Shown here: positions 28,256-40,988 of the stretch, piece by piece | How positions within the stretch are numbered: the stretch's first letter is position 1 | Layout: every line of letters begins with the position of its first letter | NCBI GenBank assembly: GCA_964016885.1 | Contig: OZ024758.1 | Location: 1,426,001-1,490,000, forward strand | Length of the DNA: 64,000 nucleotides | Source of the DNA: Eledone cirrhosa | Taxonomy: Eukaryota | Direction: 5' to 3' | Program-made: the position numbers and the translations under genes | Notes under the pieces: model-generated | Seen by the model: the letters and a program-made list of their open reading frames with translations, nothing else | Told to the model about the DNA's origin: nothing | Databases searched by the model: none

Positions 28256-29536
28256 CCTGCATTACACCACAAAAGTTCAACATTCTTAGGTGATCTTCAA
28301 ATCTGTTCTGATAAGTGACCATTTAATAGAACAACTGGATCAAAATCAACTTAACTTAGGGCAGCCCCAAGTTTGACTATATAGGATCTTTAGATTAATC
28401 TAAGTTAATTAGAGACTCTCCTCAATCCAGATATACTATCACCTCACTTTACGGTTTATTATATATGGTGATGGATCACACAACCGACGACCAGTGCCAA
28501 TCTTTTTGCGAGTACCTGAGCCTATATATGTAACACTTCATTCGACAGTTATGGGCCAGAAATTATTGTGACTTTCTTCAGCAGAGTTCTCCTTGTTCCC
28601 TCATAGAGTCATCTTTCGGCCTTCTCACTTCCCTTTCTCTGTTAATAAGAAGCTGTAGGATGACATGGATACTTCTACAGATGTGGTTCCATCTATATAT
28701 ATTTATGTTTGTGTTTGTGTGGAAGATATTTCAGTAAAACTTCTTGGTCGGTGGTGGAGGTAATTTATTCTGGTAATCTCAACGTGATTTTGATAGCTTT
28801 TTAATAGCTTTGTGGTTGCTGATGTTGTTGCTGCTGTTGTTGATGTTGCTGCTGTTGTTGCTGTTGTTGCTGATATTGCTGTTGCTGCTGCTGCTGTTGT
28901 TGTTGCTGCTGCTTTTGCTGTTGCTACTGTTGTTGCTGCTGTTGTTGTTGCTGTTGCTGCTGTTGCTATTGTTGTTGTTGTTATGGCTGCTGTTGTTGTT
29001 GCTGCTGCTATTGCTATTGCTGAAGAGTATCTTTATTCTCCTGAATTAATTAAAGTTCGCCCCACAACAAAATAATTCTAGTTTTTTTTATATTCTTCTT
29101 ACATTAGTAATTCACTTTCCTCCTGTTTTTCCTTAGTCGTCCTAATTTCTGTTTTGTTTCCATCATTTCATTTCAATAAAAATTAGATCACGTCTTTAGA
29201 ACTTAAAATTTCATTGAAATTTCATTCTTTTGTTTGACTTAAATAACCTATTGAAGGAAGCTGTTATATGTATTTTAGGAAAATTTTCCTTTTCTGCAGT
29301 TTAATGTTTACAAAAGAAATTCGGGTTTATAAACCAATGAATCGAATAGAAATACATAAAAAAATTGTGAATAATACGAAGTGTTTAGCTGTTATTTTAT
29401 TCACTGTTGTCATAATATCCAAGTAATGCAGGTGGTAAAGTCCTATATTTTGTTGTTTTAAAAGAATTTTAATTGTAGGTCAATTTTTGAAGATCCTTGA
29501 TACGAATGTTCTGCTCTCTTCTTTTTCTTCACCACC

Positions 29537-29775
29537 TTATTCATATGAGTGTCGTTGGGGAAGAGTCCTCAAACACTCCTTCCAACGGGTCCTGTTAGAA
29601 GCAGCCGTTTCAATTTGATCCGGTTGGATCCCCAACCGAGACCAGCCGAACTCATGGATGTTATCCAACCATCTTGCTCGGGGTCTCCCTAGGGGTCTTC
29701 TGTTGGTTTGTTTTGCTCGTAAAATCTGTCCAGCAATTCTTTCCTGAGACATCCTAACCACATATCCGTAATCTC
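29537..29775 (-). mobile_element. RTE-clade LINE 3' remnant (ORF C-terminus)
   Basis: VRMSQERIAGQIL...RRPLGRPRARWLDNI...AASNRTRWK is the typical RTE C-terminal motif; diverged copy at 58330-58530. Confidence 0.8.
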
Positions 29776-30504
29776 AGAGTTGTGATCTCTCAATTCAGAA
29801 GCTTTTTTACTTTTTACTTTTAAGAGAACCCGCTGTACAAAGTCTTCATAGAGGCAGAAAAATACCGCATAGTCTGCAGTGTGTATCAGCTCTACTTTCT
29901 TTACTGCTGATATAAGAGAGATCTCATCAACTTTTGTATAGAACGGTAAATCAGAAGCGAATGTCATATATTTATTCACAAATGGCCATGATGCTGACAT
30001 ACACTGTTCACTTTCCTGACATTTGTACATTATTCTATGTACTATACATGTACCTTTGATGAGTTGTAGTGTACCTGAGCACTGTACGCAATAATTTTCA
30101 TTATATCATTATATTATAACAACCAGATGATGATTCCGAAAGAAATAAAGAAGAGTACAAGTAAATATCTCTTCATAGCAACTGTTAAGACTGCAATGGC
30201 TTCTGTTCATCTGAAACTAATTAATCTTGAGAGTTACTTATGACCGTCGGTTCGTAACATGTTGATATATGAGATGTCAGGAGTAAAAGCCCTTACATTG
30301 TGAAGTATGGAGTCAGTATAAAAGTATTGATAATAAAACAAAGTACTAGAATCCGGATAAACAATTGAGGTCTGTGTCAGCCCGTAGTAATACAAATAAG
30401 AAAATAGAGACTAGGCCCTACACATAGTCGGTATAACATATAATGTTTACTTGTGTTGACGAATAAGTAGAATATAGGTGTGTGTGTATATATATAGAAT
30501 ATAG

Positions 30505-30551
<47 letters not shown>

Positions 30552-31108
30552 GTAAATATATAATGTATATATATATACTTACATTAACATATAAACACAT
30601 ATATATATAATGTAAATATATAATGTATAATATATATATACACATACATTAACATATAAACATATATATATATATATATATATATATACATGCATATATA
30701 TATATATATATGCATGTATATATGCATTAACATATCACAATTTACATAGCCAACTTCCTTGTGGTATTGATTGGTGGATGACTTAATTCTTAATTGGAGG
30801 CGACATTTTCGTCTGTTGGGCATGAATAGTTAATGAAGGTAACATTTACAAATAAATGGTTCAAATTGTTATGAGATCAATTGTGTAATTGTATAAACAG
30901 AAAAACAAAACATTCATTCTTAACAAATTAATAAGCTTTTATGCTTTTCAAACAATAGCAAAGCGGAGGAATGTGTGACAGAGAGATGTGTATAATACCT
31001 GGAGTCATTGTTGGGTCTGTTTTTATACAAACGAATTGTAAATAAATAACAAAGGAAAGGAGGCGACCGTCTGATCTAACCATTAGTCTTTCCATTATTG
31101 ATACTATC

Positions 31109-31295
31109 GGCGGTGGATTGGCAGTATCGGTAGAGGGTCGGACGCCATGATTTGACGCATAGAGTGACGGCCCTTGCATTTCTGAGTTCAAATCCCGCCG
31201 AGGTTAACTCTGCCTTTCAACCTTACGGGGTCGATAAAATAAAGTACCAGTAATACACTGGAGTAATTGCTGGCCTTGTGCCGAAAGTAGAAACA
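31109..31295 (+). mobile_element. SINE A, full length, with TSD
   Basis: ATTATTGATA at 31094-31103 and 31296-31305; intact A and B boxes. Confidence 0.88.
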
Positions 31296-31324
31296 ATTAT
31301 TGATAGTAGCTGCAAAAGAAAACT

Positions 31325-31560
31325 ACAGTCTGCTGTCTCTGTCACCAAGCCGACAAAGAAATCATTTCATCTCTCCTTCTGTGACATCCCTCTCGATGTG
31401 TCTATTCACGAAAACTGACTTTCCCAGACACCGTAGCTCAGGACTCAGGGTTGGACATAAGGGATCTGGAGACAACAATGCAGGACCAAACAGTGTGAAA
31501 AGGGATTGTCACGAGAGTTCCAACTGCCGACAGAGGAGTCGAACGATGTAATGATGATAA
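31325..31560 (+). mobile_element. Degenerate RTE/RTE-X LINE 3' remnant
   Basis: An alternative frame gives DKEIISSLLL*...RKLTFPDTVAQDSGLDIRDLETTMQDQTV*, resembling a LINE C-terminus. Confidence 0.55.
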
Positions 31561-32280
31561 GTTCAAAATGATATATTTTCCTATTTTAAATTCCATTCTT
31601 TCTTCTCAATCTAAATTTACTTTCCTTATGTTCTATTAAACTGTATGTACATGATATATTCCATAAATAAAATTATCTATTTCTCATATGAAATCAGTTT
31701 CCTGACTGAAAAGCTCGAGATTTCAACCATAATCTAATAACTCACTATGTTATCAATTGAACTCATTAATCCACTCACAAATGTTTTGAGCTTTCGTTTA
31801 TTACATCATAAAGACATTTTTGTTAGTAACATCTCATAACATTATCTAATTTCAAGTGAAAGATAGAAAGACAAAAGAATATAATTACATAAATATAAGT
31901 TGAAAAATACTTACTTTAATCACACTTACAACTAATCTGATTTTTATTAAGTTGATTCATTTCCGTTTCAGGAATTCCAACTAACGTTAAAATGGAGACT
32001 TAATGAGCTGTATTTAGTGATTCATTCCAAACGTAATTGGAATATAATTTCTAAACGAATAATAACACAGAGTTCTTCGACTACGAAATTTCCATAGAAT
32101 TCTATCCCTTATTGTCGTAGGATATTATTATTCTATTATGTGATTTTGATTCTTTTGATAATAAGAAAGGAAAAGCAGGTAAATGGATTTATATCTTAAA
32201 CTGTTAACTATATGACATATCTATTACGTCTATAATCGCTGGAAAATGTTTCAAGCTAATGTAGTTTTCGAGTACTCAAT

Positions 32281-32329
<49 letters not shown>

Positions 32330-33084
32330 TATATATATACACACACACACACACACATATATATATACCCCTATCAATCACCCGCTCTCCCTCCCTCCCT
32401 CTCTATAGCTCACTCTCTCCCCCTCAGTCGTTCCATTACTCTTACTAACTTACACACAACTAAGAAATTGAGTTCAACTGGTTCATTCTCATCTCTAAGA
32501 AAACTTCAGATAAATAATCTTGTTTCATTGCTGTCGTCGTCGTCAAAGATTACCTTGTAGGTGAGTAAGATATTCAACAAGTGAAGGAGGTTTTAATATT
32601 TTAACATGGAATTAACTGTTGCACATTATCAGGTACAACAAAACCCTAACAAAAATCTAATTCCTAAAGGCTCACTCTTAAAGGAAGAGATTCTGGGAGT
32701 AATGGGTGTCGCAGAGGCGTCACACTGCCTTGTGTCAGACGTGAAAGTGGATTTCATCAATGCTATAATCTCGAGAAGTTCTCGAGTGATATAACAAACC
32801 TTTTGCCTTCACAAGGGTTACCGCTCTAAAGATATGGAACCTAATTACGATTAAATGGACTAAGAAATTGAAGATGAATTTCAGAATTTTGCACATCTCA
32901 AAGCCAGCGTAGTGAAGCTATCAATGTGATGCTATCAGTCTTTTTGTCTGATAGATTATCAACTTGGCCAGTTGCGATTCTCTTTGAATGAAGTACTGTG
33001 AATAACAAGAAGCTCATCCTGTTGATATTGTTCCAATTTTGGTCATTATCCTACATAGGATGTTAAAGCGCATGGCCACAACTC

Positions 33085-33210
33085 CTGGCAGAAAGAGCAA
33101 CATGGAATAAATGTCTTGCTCGAGGACATAATGTATCGCCCAGTCCTAGAATTAAACTTGCAACCTCTTGAGTGCAAATCCAATTATCTAACCACTAAGC
33201 CATGTACCTT
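33085..33210 (-). mobile_element. CORE-type SINE head fragment
   Basis: gagcaacatggaataaatgtcttgctcgaggacat...aaccactaagccatg. Confidence 0.55.
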
Positions 33211-33716
33211 CGTTAATGCTGTATATCCCACTGTTATACAGTCTGGCTCACTGAAGGAGACATATTCCACTGAGGTTGCAAGTATAGTATCAATGCAAGA
33301 TGGCTGATGTGACAATACAAATGCTTGTATGTCAATGTTAGTCCTTCTAGAATATTTCGAGTTTGCCAAAATGACAAGCGAAAAGGTTTGGTATGAGATG
33401 CCGAACGATTGTTCATTACATTCTAAAATTAAATACTCTCGATGTTGATCATTTCGAGAATTTATACAATAAAAACCAGTCCCGAGATTTATTAAGTCTG
33501 CTGTTCATTCTATTAAAAAATAGATTTTAAGAAACACTTCAGGCCTTGTATCTAAATCATTTTAATAAGTTCCTGGTTAGCTGTCTAGGATTAATTGTCT
33601 GGAAAAATATAATTGAGATTATTTAACTGGAACTAAAATAAGTTGAACTTATTCTCTTTACTGTTAGCTCAGTGAATACCATCTCTTTTATAAATGGCTT
33701 TTATTTATCATTTGAA

Positions 33717-34051
33717 GGCGACGAATTGGCAGAGTCGTTAGAACGTCGGATAGAATGCTTTATGGTATTCGTTCCGGCTCGCTGAGGTAAAATCCCACTG
33801 AGGTCAACTTTGCCTTTCATCCCTTCGAGGTTGATTAAAAAAAAAAAAAAAAGTACCAATCTAGTGCTGTAGTCGATTCTTCCTCTACATCTCTCATTTC
33901 TTTCTTACTTTCTATCTTTCTCTGGAAGAAATATACTGTAATGAGGTCTGGAAAGGGATGTGCTCCGCCCCGCTTAAAATGCCCAAGAAACGCTGTATGT
34001 TAACACGGCGCCGCCCCTACAACTATCACGAGTTATGGGACCATACCATAG
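33717..34051 (+). mobile_element. SINE B, full length
   Basis: Same head, CT linker and tail (ggaagaaat...ctccgcc...accataccatag) as the 20002 copy. Confidence 0.82.
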
Positions 34052-34609
34052 AATTGTTTGGTCTCGCTGGATCGCCTGCCTGACTTATGTGATTGGCAAT
34101 TAAGAACCTATAATGACTGACCCACTGCCAATATACACACATCATTGGTAATCGATAGCAAAGATTTCCGTTTTAATTTTTTATAATTTAAATAGCTAAA
34201 ATTAAATACGAGGAGATTACGAGAAAAGAAATTAATTCAAGTAAATTTATTTTGAAATATTTTTATTTTGAAAATTTAATTTTCAAGATCGCATACTTTG
34301 ATAATAAAATAATTAAAATAAGACATTATTAAAAGTATTAAAAGCATTGAATGTTCGTATTGACATGAAGTAGAAGTTAATTTTGCTGTTGCAATGAAAA
34401 CAACATTTGAAAATGACATCGTAAAAAATCGTGAGGATTAAAATTTTCCATTTCCTCCCGTGTTCATCGCGTTGTCCCAACTTTAAATTTCAGTATTGTT
34501 GTCATTGTTTCAATATGTCGTAACTTTCTCGAAATACGACGGAATACGTTGTCTTTCAATCGGATATACACAAACACCAAAATATCGGAACAGCATCAGT
34601 TCGTTTCAG

Positions 34610-34958
34610 CTATTTCCTCGAATGCAATAAACAGTGAGATGACCGCAACCAACAATGCCAAATACGAACAAAATATAAAAATTCATCGACAGGAGCGATA
34701 TGTAAAAATCGATGCGATATATACCAGAAAATTAACTTGAATAATTCTGAAATTGAAATGAAAGAAAATTGATTCAATGAAAACGAAAAAGAAAGCGCGC
34801 GCATATACACCACCACCACCATTCCTACTAAGGGAGGAAACACGTGTTCCGACAGGTTCACTCTATCTGCCTTATGATACGTTCCAGAGATATAGGAGCG
34901 CAATGTCGTCAGGTATGTATAAATAAAATTTAAAGTTCTAACAGATTTAAAAAGCAAC
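34610..34958 (-). CDS. Possible further exon of the RING gene with hydrophobic TM-like segment(s)
   Basis: Acceptor tatttcag|G at 34959, followed by an open frame containing PPLVGMVVVVYMRALSF. Phase-compatible with donor CAG|GTATGT at 36452, but only after a 1-nt frameshift in exon 2. Confidence 0.3.
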
Positions 34959-36174
34959 CTGAAATACCTCCAATATTATCTACCCTGTCCTCAAGTCAGG
35001 ATCTCTCCTGCTACCGGTACTTACTATATAAGCTAGAATACGGTCGAATCGAGTGATCGGTGACTAAACCGGCTCCCCCACTGGACCCTTGTCAGATGAG
35101 GAGGATAAGTAGAATTCCACGAGCTGTTTAAAAGATCAGATGAACTCCTCGGAGTCAATGACAATCCTGCCTAACTATAGGTTAAATAGCCTCACTAACC
35201 GGCTATTGGCAAGGCATAGTGTGTATGGCTACACCCCAGATTGTATGACCAAAAGCTAACAAAGTGGTGAAGGTAAATCAGGGAGGGGTTCCCCCAACAG
35301 GAGTGAGAAGGCCCTGGATTGGATTGGAATGCATGTTGTCTTCGGTGGATTTCAACTTGTATCTTAATAGATAACCACACTAGGAGCACTTTCTAGGGTA
35401 TGGCAAGCATGGCAGGTCCCATGGGTGATATTTGAAAAGGGGGCGCTACTTGGACTAGGAACACTTTCCCTTAAAGTTATATAAGCTATCGTCCGAGAGA
35501 GACGAAAGAAGCTTCTTTAAATGTATGATCTGTCTGATTATCATGGGTGAGAAGCATTATAGTGGCTGGATCATTAAAACATTTAGATAAAGTATTGAGC
35601 CCCTAGGTATTGTTTCAATTAAAACATTAACGGACGCAATTGGTATTTTTGGGCTGACTTTATGGTTTATATGAAAGATGGGTGTCAGATGTTTGGGCAG
35701 AGGCGTAATTTCACTACTTGCCTTAGGCACTATTTTCCTTAGTTATGCCTCTACGTGTGTGACAGCATTAAAAGGCTAACTCAAAATAAGTGAAGAAAAT
35801 TTATTTTCAGCTATTATATATATTTTCCCAAATATATGGGAGACAACCCATTCTATATATCCAGTGTAACTTGCTAATTGATTAGTCGCCCTTGTATTGG
35901 AAAGCTGTCGCTTCATCCATACAATTCCAAGAAATTTAAAATAGCAATCACGCAGAAATACTTACACCTATTGATTCGCTTAATTAATGATATTTTGACA
36001 TAAAAATATTGCAAAATATACTATGTAAAGAAAATAGTCGGTTTAGTATATAATCACAAACAGAATTTGGGATTAGATAGAAATAATTGAGCAGTACCTA
36101 ATAAAAATAAAACATTTAAAGGAACAAAAAAAGGACAAGATTAAAAAAAATGATCAAGCAATGAAAAATGCGTG

Positions 36175-36478
36175 AAAATGACAGGTAAAACATACCCGAC
36201 ATGATATAATGAAATACATGAAAATTACAGGTAATATAAACCTGACAAGATATATCAACAGGTAATTAAATCACAGTTAATCCATACCTGGTATGGTATA
36301 TTGAAAAGTAATGCATACCTGGTATAGTCAAAGGTAATACATACCCGACATGGTATATTCAAAGGTAATAAATACCTGGTGTGGTATATTGACAGGTAAT
36401 TAAATCACAGGCAATACATACCAGGTATGGTATATTGAAAGATAATACATACCTGGTATGGTATATTGAAAGATAATC
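36175..36478. repeat. Degenerate ~30-bp tandem repeat at the 3' edge of RING exon 2
   Basis: Repeated atacctggtatggtatattgaaaggtaat. Confidence 0.8.
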
Positions 36479-36612
36479 AGAGAATATAGCAGGAACTTCT
36501 CTTCTCGACGAGAGATTCATCAAAATATTCCAAAGCCCTCCTATCTTCCTCATCAATAACAGTCTCTTCAGAAAGTTCTGGAATTGATTCCTTTACCTCT
36601 TCGATTAGTTTA
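36477..36612 (-). CDS. Putative second coding exon of the BFAR-like RING gene (KLIEEVKESIPELSEETVIDEEDRRALEYFDESLVEKRSS...)
   Basis: Acceptor tatttcag| at 36613 gives an in-frame phase-2 join (ILL-N-KLIEE, compare BFAR ILLRDAIEK); acidic helical composition; this frame stops at TGA 36479-36477. Confidence 0.6.
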
Positions 36613-36735
36613 CTGAAATATTTCATAAACAATATTACAATATCAGTATTGTACAGTATTACAGTAGTATTGTACAATATCCAGTACTACAATATGTTAC
36701 GGTATCACTGCTGTACGATATCATCACTGCAGTAC

Positions 36736-36838
36736 GACGTAGAGTGCGGTGTGACGTAGAGTGCGGTGTGACGTAGAGTGCGGTATGATGTAGTGTGCGG
36801 TGTGACGTAGTGTGCGGTGTGACGTAGTGTGCGGTGTG
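36736..36838. repeat. 17-bp CpG-rich tandem repeat (6 copies) in the RING gene intron
   Basis: gacgtag(a/t)gtgcggtgt x6. Confidence 0.9.
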
Positions 36839-37020
36839 CGTGATTTCTTTTCTTTGTCTTCAAGTAAGAAATTCATCTGAGTAAGAATCAAAAATCAAAA
36901 CCACCGACAACCCTAACAAACTTCTTATAACATTGAATAAAAGCTTTCCAAAATCACATGTTATGAGGTTTTATAACGGAGTCAACAATAGTTAAATAAG
37001 AAATAAGAGGATTTACAAAC

Positions 37021-37247
37021 TTCAAGAGAATATTGACAGAGCACATTACTTTCCACTCTGTTCTACATTCAGGACAAGTTGTCATGCGATACCTGGCGTA
37101 CCATCTTGCTATACACAATCGGCAAAAGGTATGTCCGCAGGTCAATGTAACTGGGGTATCCAGTAGACCCATGCAACAATGACACCGCAGAGAATCCACC
37201 TTTACTATCGCTAACATAGCATGATCGTCTTGGTCGGCCGATGACAT
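37021..37247 (-). CDS. BFAR: First coding exon of a C3HC4 RING E3 ligase, BFAR (bifunctional apoptosis regulator)-like
   Basis: CHCCMGLLDTPVTLTCGHTFCRLCIARWY...TTCPECRTEWK...VNILL closely follows the recalled BFAR RING (CHCCYDILVNPTTLNCGHSFCRHCLALWW...CPECREKW...VSILL). Acceptor ttttttccctccccag| just before the ATG (exon starts 37252); phase-2 donor AA|GTTTGT at 37020. The symbol rests on recalled similarity. Confidence 0.72.
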
Positions 37248-37557
37248 CTTCGCTGGGGAGGGAAAAAAAGTAATCAATTTAATAAATAATTTTGTGAAAA
37301 GAGAAGAAAACGGACAAAGAAATTAAAGAATAAAAAGGGAAATAAATAATTTTCTATCTTAACTATAATAAAGTAAGGAGTGCGGGACTGTGTCCAGAAT
37401 ATTTTTTTTACCCCCTTTGTAAAATAAGTGGGATTACTTTGAATAAATAATGAACGAATATTACATAATTTATCTACTAAATTTCGTTATTCTTCATTAA
37501 ATATAAATAATGTTGTCGCTTATTTTAAGATTCACTTTAAAATTTTCAAATGTCAAC

Positions 37558-37576
37558 ACTTCCGGTTAGCGATCGC
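37558..37576 (-). promoter_or_regulatory. Candidate promoter elements of the RING gene: ETS motif (CCGGAAGT) and adjacent GCGATCGC palindrome
   Basis: ACTTCCGG at 37558-37565 and GCGATCGC at 37569-37576, about 300 bp upstream of the first coding exon, in otherwise CpG-poor DNA. Confidence 0.35.
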
Positions 37577-38231
37577 TTAAATAAACATTCATATATTTCC
37601 GTCAATGGATTACGTTACTGATTACATAAGACAGTGTAAAGCAGTCTTCGTTCAATTGCTGTGTATATTGTCAATTACGACTTTATTTGATGTATCATAT
37701 CTACAAGTATATATACCTGCGTATAATATCAATATGCACACTACACAGGCTAGAAGAAAACCACCCGAAGGGTGGTTTTTCTGCTAGGATAAAAAACGTG
37801 GAAGAGCCGAACTCCCATTGTCATCGCCTCCATCTCTCTCGCCATCCCCATCTTTCCGTATGGTGAGCAAATGGGCTCCCAAGTGCTGGCCTCATGGAAT
37901 GTAAAATATAAAAATATAAACAAAAGGGAGGGAAAGGCAAGGGCTCCAGTGTCACGGGAAAATGGGAAGGGGCGGGTTAATTGGGCTCGGGCCTAAGGCG
38001 CGGTGGAAATGGGGCTGCACCCCTCGAAAAATGGCCAGGGATACCCACTGCACAGTCACCACACCTCGCGGTGCCGCCGATGTTCAGATCTTACGGAGGA
38101 GCTCGGCAGTGCGCTGTCCAAATACGCCTGAGGTCTCATTTCTTTTTCTATTGAACTGTTTGTTCTTGTTTAAAAAAGGTTTTTGCTAATGTGTTATTGA
38201 GGTTTCTTTTCTTTGCAAATAATTAAAACAG

Positions 38232-38486
38232 TTTTAGGTCAATTACTATATTTGCTACGTCAATTACTATATTTGCTAGGTCAATTACTATATTTGCTAG
38301 GTCAATTACCATATTTGCTAGGTCAATTACCATATTTGCTAGGTCAATTACCATATTTGCTAGGTCAATTACCATATTTGCTAGATCAATTACCATATTT
38401 GCTAGATCAATTACCATATTTGCTAGGTCAATTACCATATTTGCTAGGTCAATTACCATATTTGCTAGGTCAATTACCATATTTGC
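38232..38486. repeat. 21-bp tandem repeat, ~12 copies
   Basis: tttgctaggtcaattaccata; explains the LGQLPYL and MVIDLAN ORFs. Confidence 0.95.
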
Positions 38487-38632
38487 CGGCCTATAGACGC
38501 ACTATTTTCACACAAAAAAATTCTTCATTGCATCCAGTAGGCCCGTATCGCTGGATTAGAAACCACAAATAGACATAACTGGTAAAACTTTCGCTGTAGA
38601 AATATTTACTGAAGTCAAACAAATAATTAACT

Positions 38633-38812
38633 CTTGATACGACTAAGCTACATCCAGTCTCAAGGTCAAGAGTGTGAAAACCCTATATATTGATACGACT
38701 TTAAGCTACATCAGGTCTCAATGTATAGAGTTTGGAAACCCCAGATATTGATAAAACTAAGCTGCATCCAGTCTCAAGTTCTAGAGTTTGATTGAAAACC
38801 ATAGATATTGAG
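38633..38812. repeat. ~58-bp tandem repeat, 3 copies
   Basis: ttgatacgactaagctacatccagtctcaa...gaaaccc(t/c)a(t/g)atat x3. Confidence 0.78.
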
Positions 38813-39337
38813 AAAAATAGATTAACACTTAACCGACATTACTCTCAGATCCGTTACGACCTAAAACAGTAACACCTGCAAGAACTACAGAGTAAACTAC
38901 GTTAATAAATCACAGTGATCCAATATATAATCCTGAACTTCTTTATGGATGGGATACAACGAATACTAGGCGGACGAACAAAAGGACAACGGCCTGAACA
39001 ATGCTGGTCAGACTAACAAAGTGACTGGTCAGCCTCAGGCTAGTGTTCCAGTGTTCCCTGGTCACTTTTATGGCCAAAAACCTTCAATGACCTTTTTAAC
39101 TTTACAGGAAGGAATGGGGCTTGGAAAGGGATACGTCCAGCAATGGATTGTTATAACCTAAGAGAGGAAGAAACAGCTAAGAAATTATATTTCATATTTC
39201 CAAAAGCAATACAAATCAATGGTGCTGTGCCATTTACAGTGAATACGATGACAACTTAATGTTAAGAGGACGTATAGCAAAAGAGGATATTTAATCTATA
39301 TGAAAACTTAAACATTTTATTTTGTAGTCGAGTTATA

Positions 39338-39553
39338 CAGGGTGGCTCAAAAGTCACACAGCGGTCGCAACTGTTTATAGCTTTTATTTTAATTTAATTT
39401 TTCGTAAGTAATGTAGAAATGTGACAAGGATTGATGAATGCAAAATAATTTCCATTATGTCCTTTAAGTTGTATCAAAATGTCATACATCTATATGTACA
39501 ATTCAGGAAGTTAATAAAAACTAAACACCCTCTGTGACTTTTGGGCCGCCCTA
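39338..39553. mobile_element. Tc1/mariner MITE
   Basis: TA-flanked TIRs CAGGGTGGCTCAAAAGTCACACAG / CTCTGTGACTTTTGGGCCGCCCTA. Confidence 0.78.
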
Positions 39554-39823
39554 TATAAACATTCATAAAAAGAGCAGCATTGAAAAAGACTGGGGTCGAT
39601 TTATTCGACTTTCCCCTCCCCTAAAAAAAGTTCGTTGGCTTTGTGTCTAAATCAGGAACCATTAAAACAAGTTATGAGGAATAAAGTACAGGGTGGGTCA
39701 TAAGAAACCGGGAGGTCCAACATTTATATTCCAAATGATAATATTTACTCAAATTCTGGTCATTTATTACGAAATTATAAACACATCAAACAAAAGCAGT
39801 TTTAAAAATATATAATTAAATCA

Positions 39824-39990
39824 CCGTATTTCCCGGCGTTGAAGACGCTACTTTTTTCCTAAAATAAGTCTCAAAAATCTACCATGCGTCCTGGAGGCCG
39901 AAGGTTGTTTATTATTTTTTTATCAAATTTTCTTGTCAAAACTAGGGTGCGTCCTCGAGGACGAAGCGTCTTCGGCGCCGGGAAATACGG
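39824..39990. mobile_element. pogo/Tc2-like MITE
   Basis: 25-bp TIR CCGTATTTCCCGGCGTTGAAGACGC / GCGTCTTCGGCGCCGGGAAATACGG; both flanks CA. Confidence 0.8.
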
Positions 39991-40951
39991 CAAGTGTTCG
40001 AAAGCTGACTCCGTTCCTCAATATATTCTGAAGTTCTATCAGGAACAAATAACATACATGTTGATACAAGTCGACCGTGATTTCTACAAGAATTCACTGT
40101 CCTTGATTTAAACTGTTGAATATTTCTTGGTTCTTCGGCAGAGACTGAGTTCATCAGGACACTCCCAAAGAAAAAGGTCAAGAATTGAAATATCAGATGA
40201 TAGAAGTGGATACTAGATAGAACCACGGCGTCCGATCCATCTGTGTGGAATGTGTATAACTGTTGTTTAAGAAGAACAATTCAGCTTAAATCAAAATGAA
40301 GTCCCGAAAACAATAACTACGGGAAACAAAAATACTGGAATCTATTATAAGGAACACTAATAGAATAGAGATGGAGATAGATGTGTTTAGAATCCGTTTT
40401 AAAAGCACCAAAATAATATAGTCATTCGAAAATGGTGTGCTAACTTCAGGATTAAAGGTGATATTTAAGTAGAGGAAGAAATAGAAAGCAATAATTGACC
40501 AGAGTTGCTAATTAAGATTTAAGATTTATTTTAAAGAACTTGCAAAGAAACGAAAATGTTAGTTTCAAATAAGAACACAATTGAATTATAACAAAAACAA
40601 GAGGGTTATACCAGTCAGCTTCCAAACAGGTGCACAATGCTACTTGTCTTTGGTAAATTTCATATATATACTTAAACGGAGATATTTATGTAAAAGAAAA
40701 CAGTAGTAGTTCACGAGCCATGGTTCAGTTCAACTATATTTTAAAGACTTATTGTAACTGATTGACAACTTTCTTGCTTCCATATATTGGACTCACCCAT
40801 TATTAATGGCGAATGGTTTGAACGTGAGAGTGTACATGTCTTTGTATCTGAGTATCGAAACCCATTACACAGGAGGTAAGTTATCCGTGTACCAAATTTA
40901 TATCCTGGTTGAGAAAGAAACCCACCTCAAACACACTGCTAATTCCTTAAA

Positions 40952-40982
<31 letters not shown>

Positions 40983-40988
40983 TCATGA

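Noticed and set aside
29689-30030. 113-aa minus-strand ORF
   Set aside because: Overlaps an RTE remnant out of frame; no recognisable protein.
37757-37781. Rho-independent terminator-like hairpin plus T tract
   Set aside because: Eukaryotic sequence with no bacterial gene upstream.
37962-38189. GC-richer 75-aa ORF
   Set aside because: No domain or splice evidence; more likely a degraded repeat.
38213-38572. Heptad-repeat ORFs (LGQLPYL / MVIDLAN) resembling coiled-coil or LRR proteins
   Set aside because: Product of a 21-bp tandem repeat open on both strands; no ATG or splice support.
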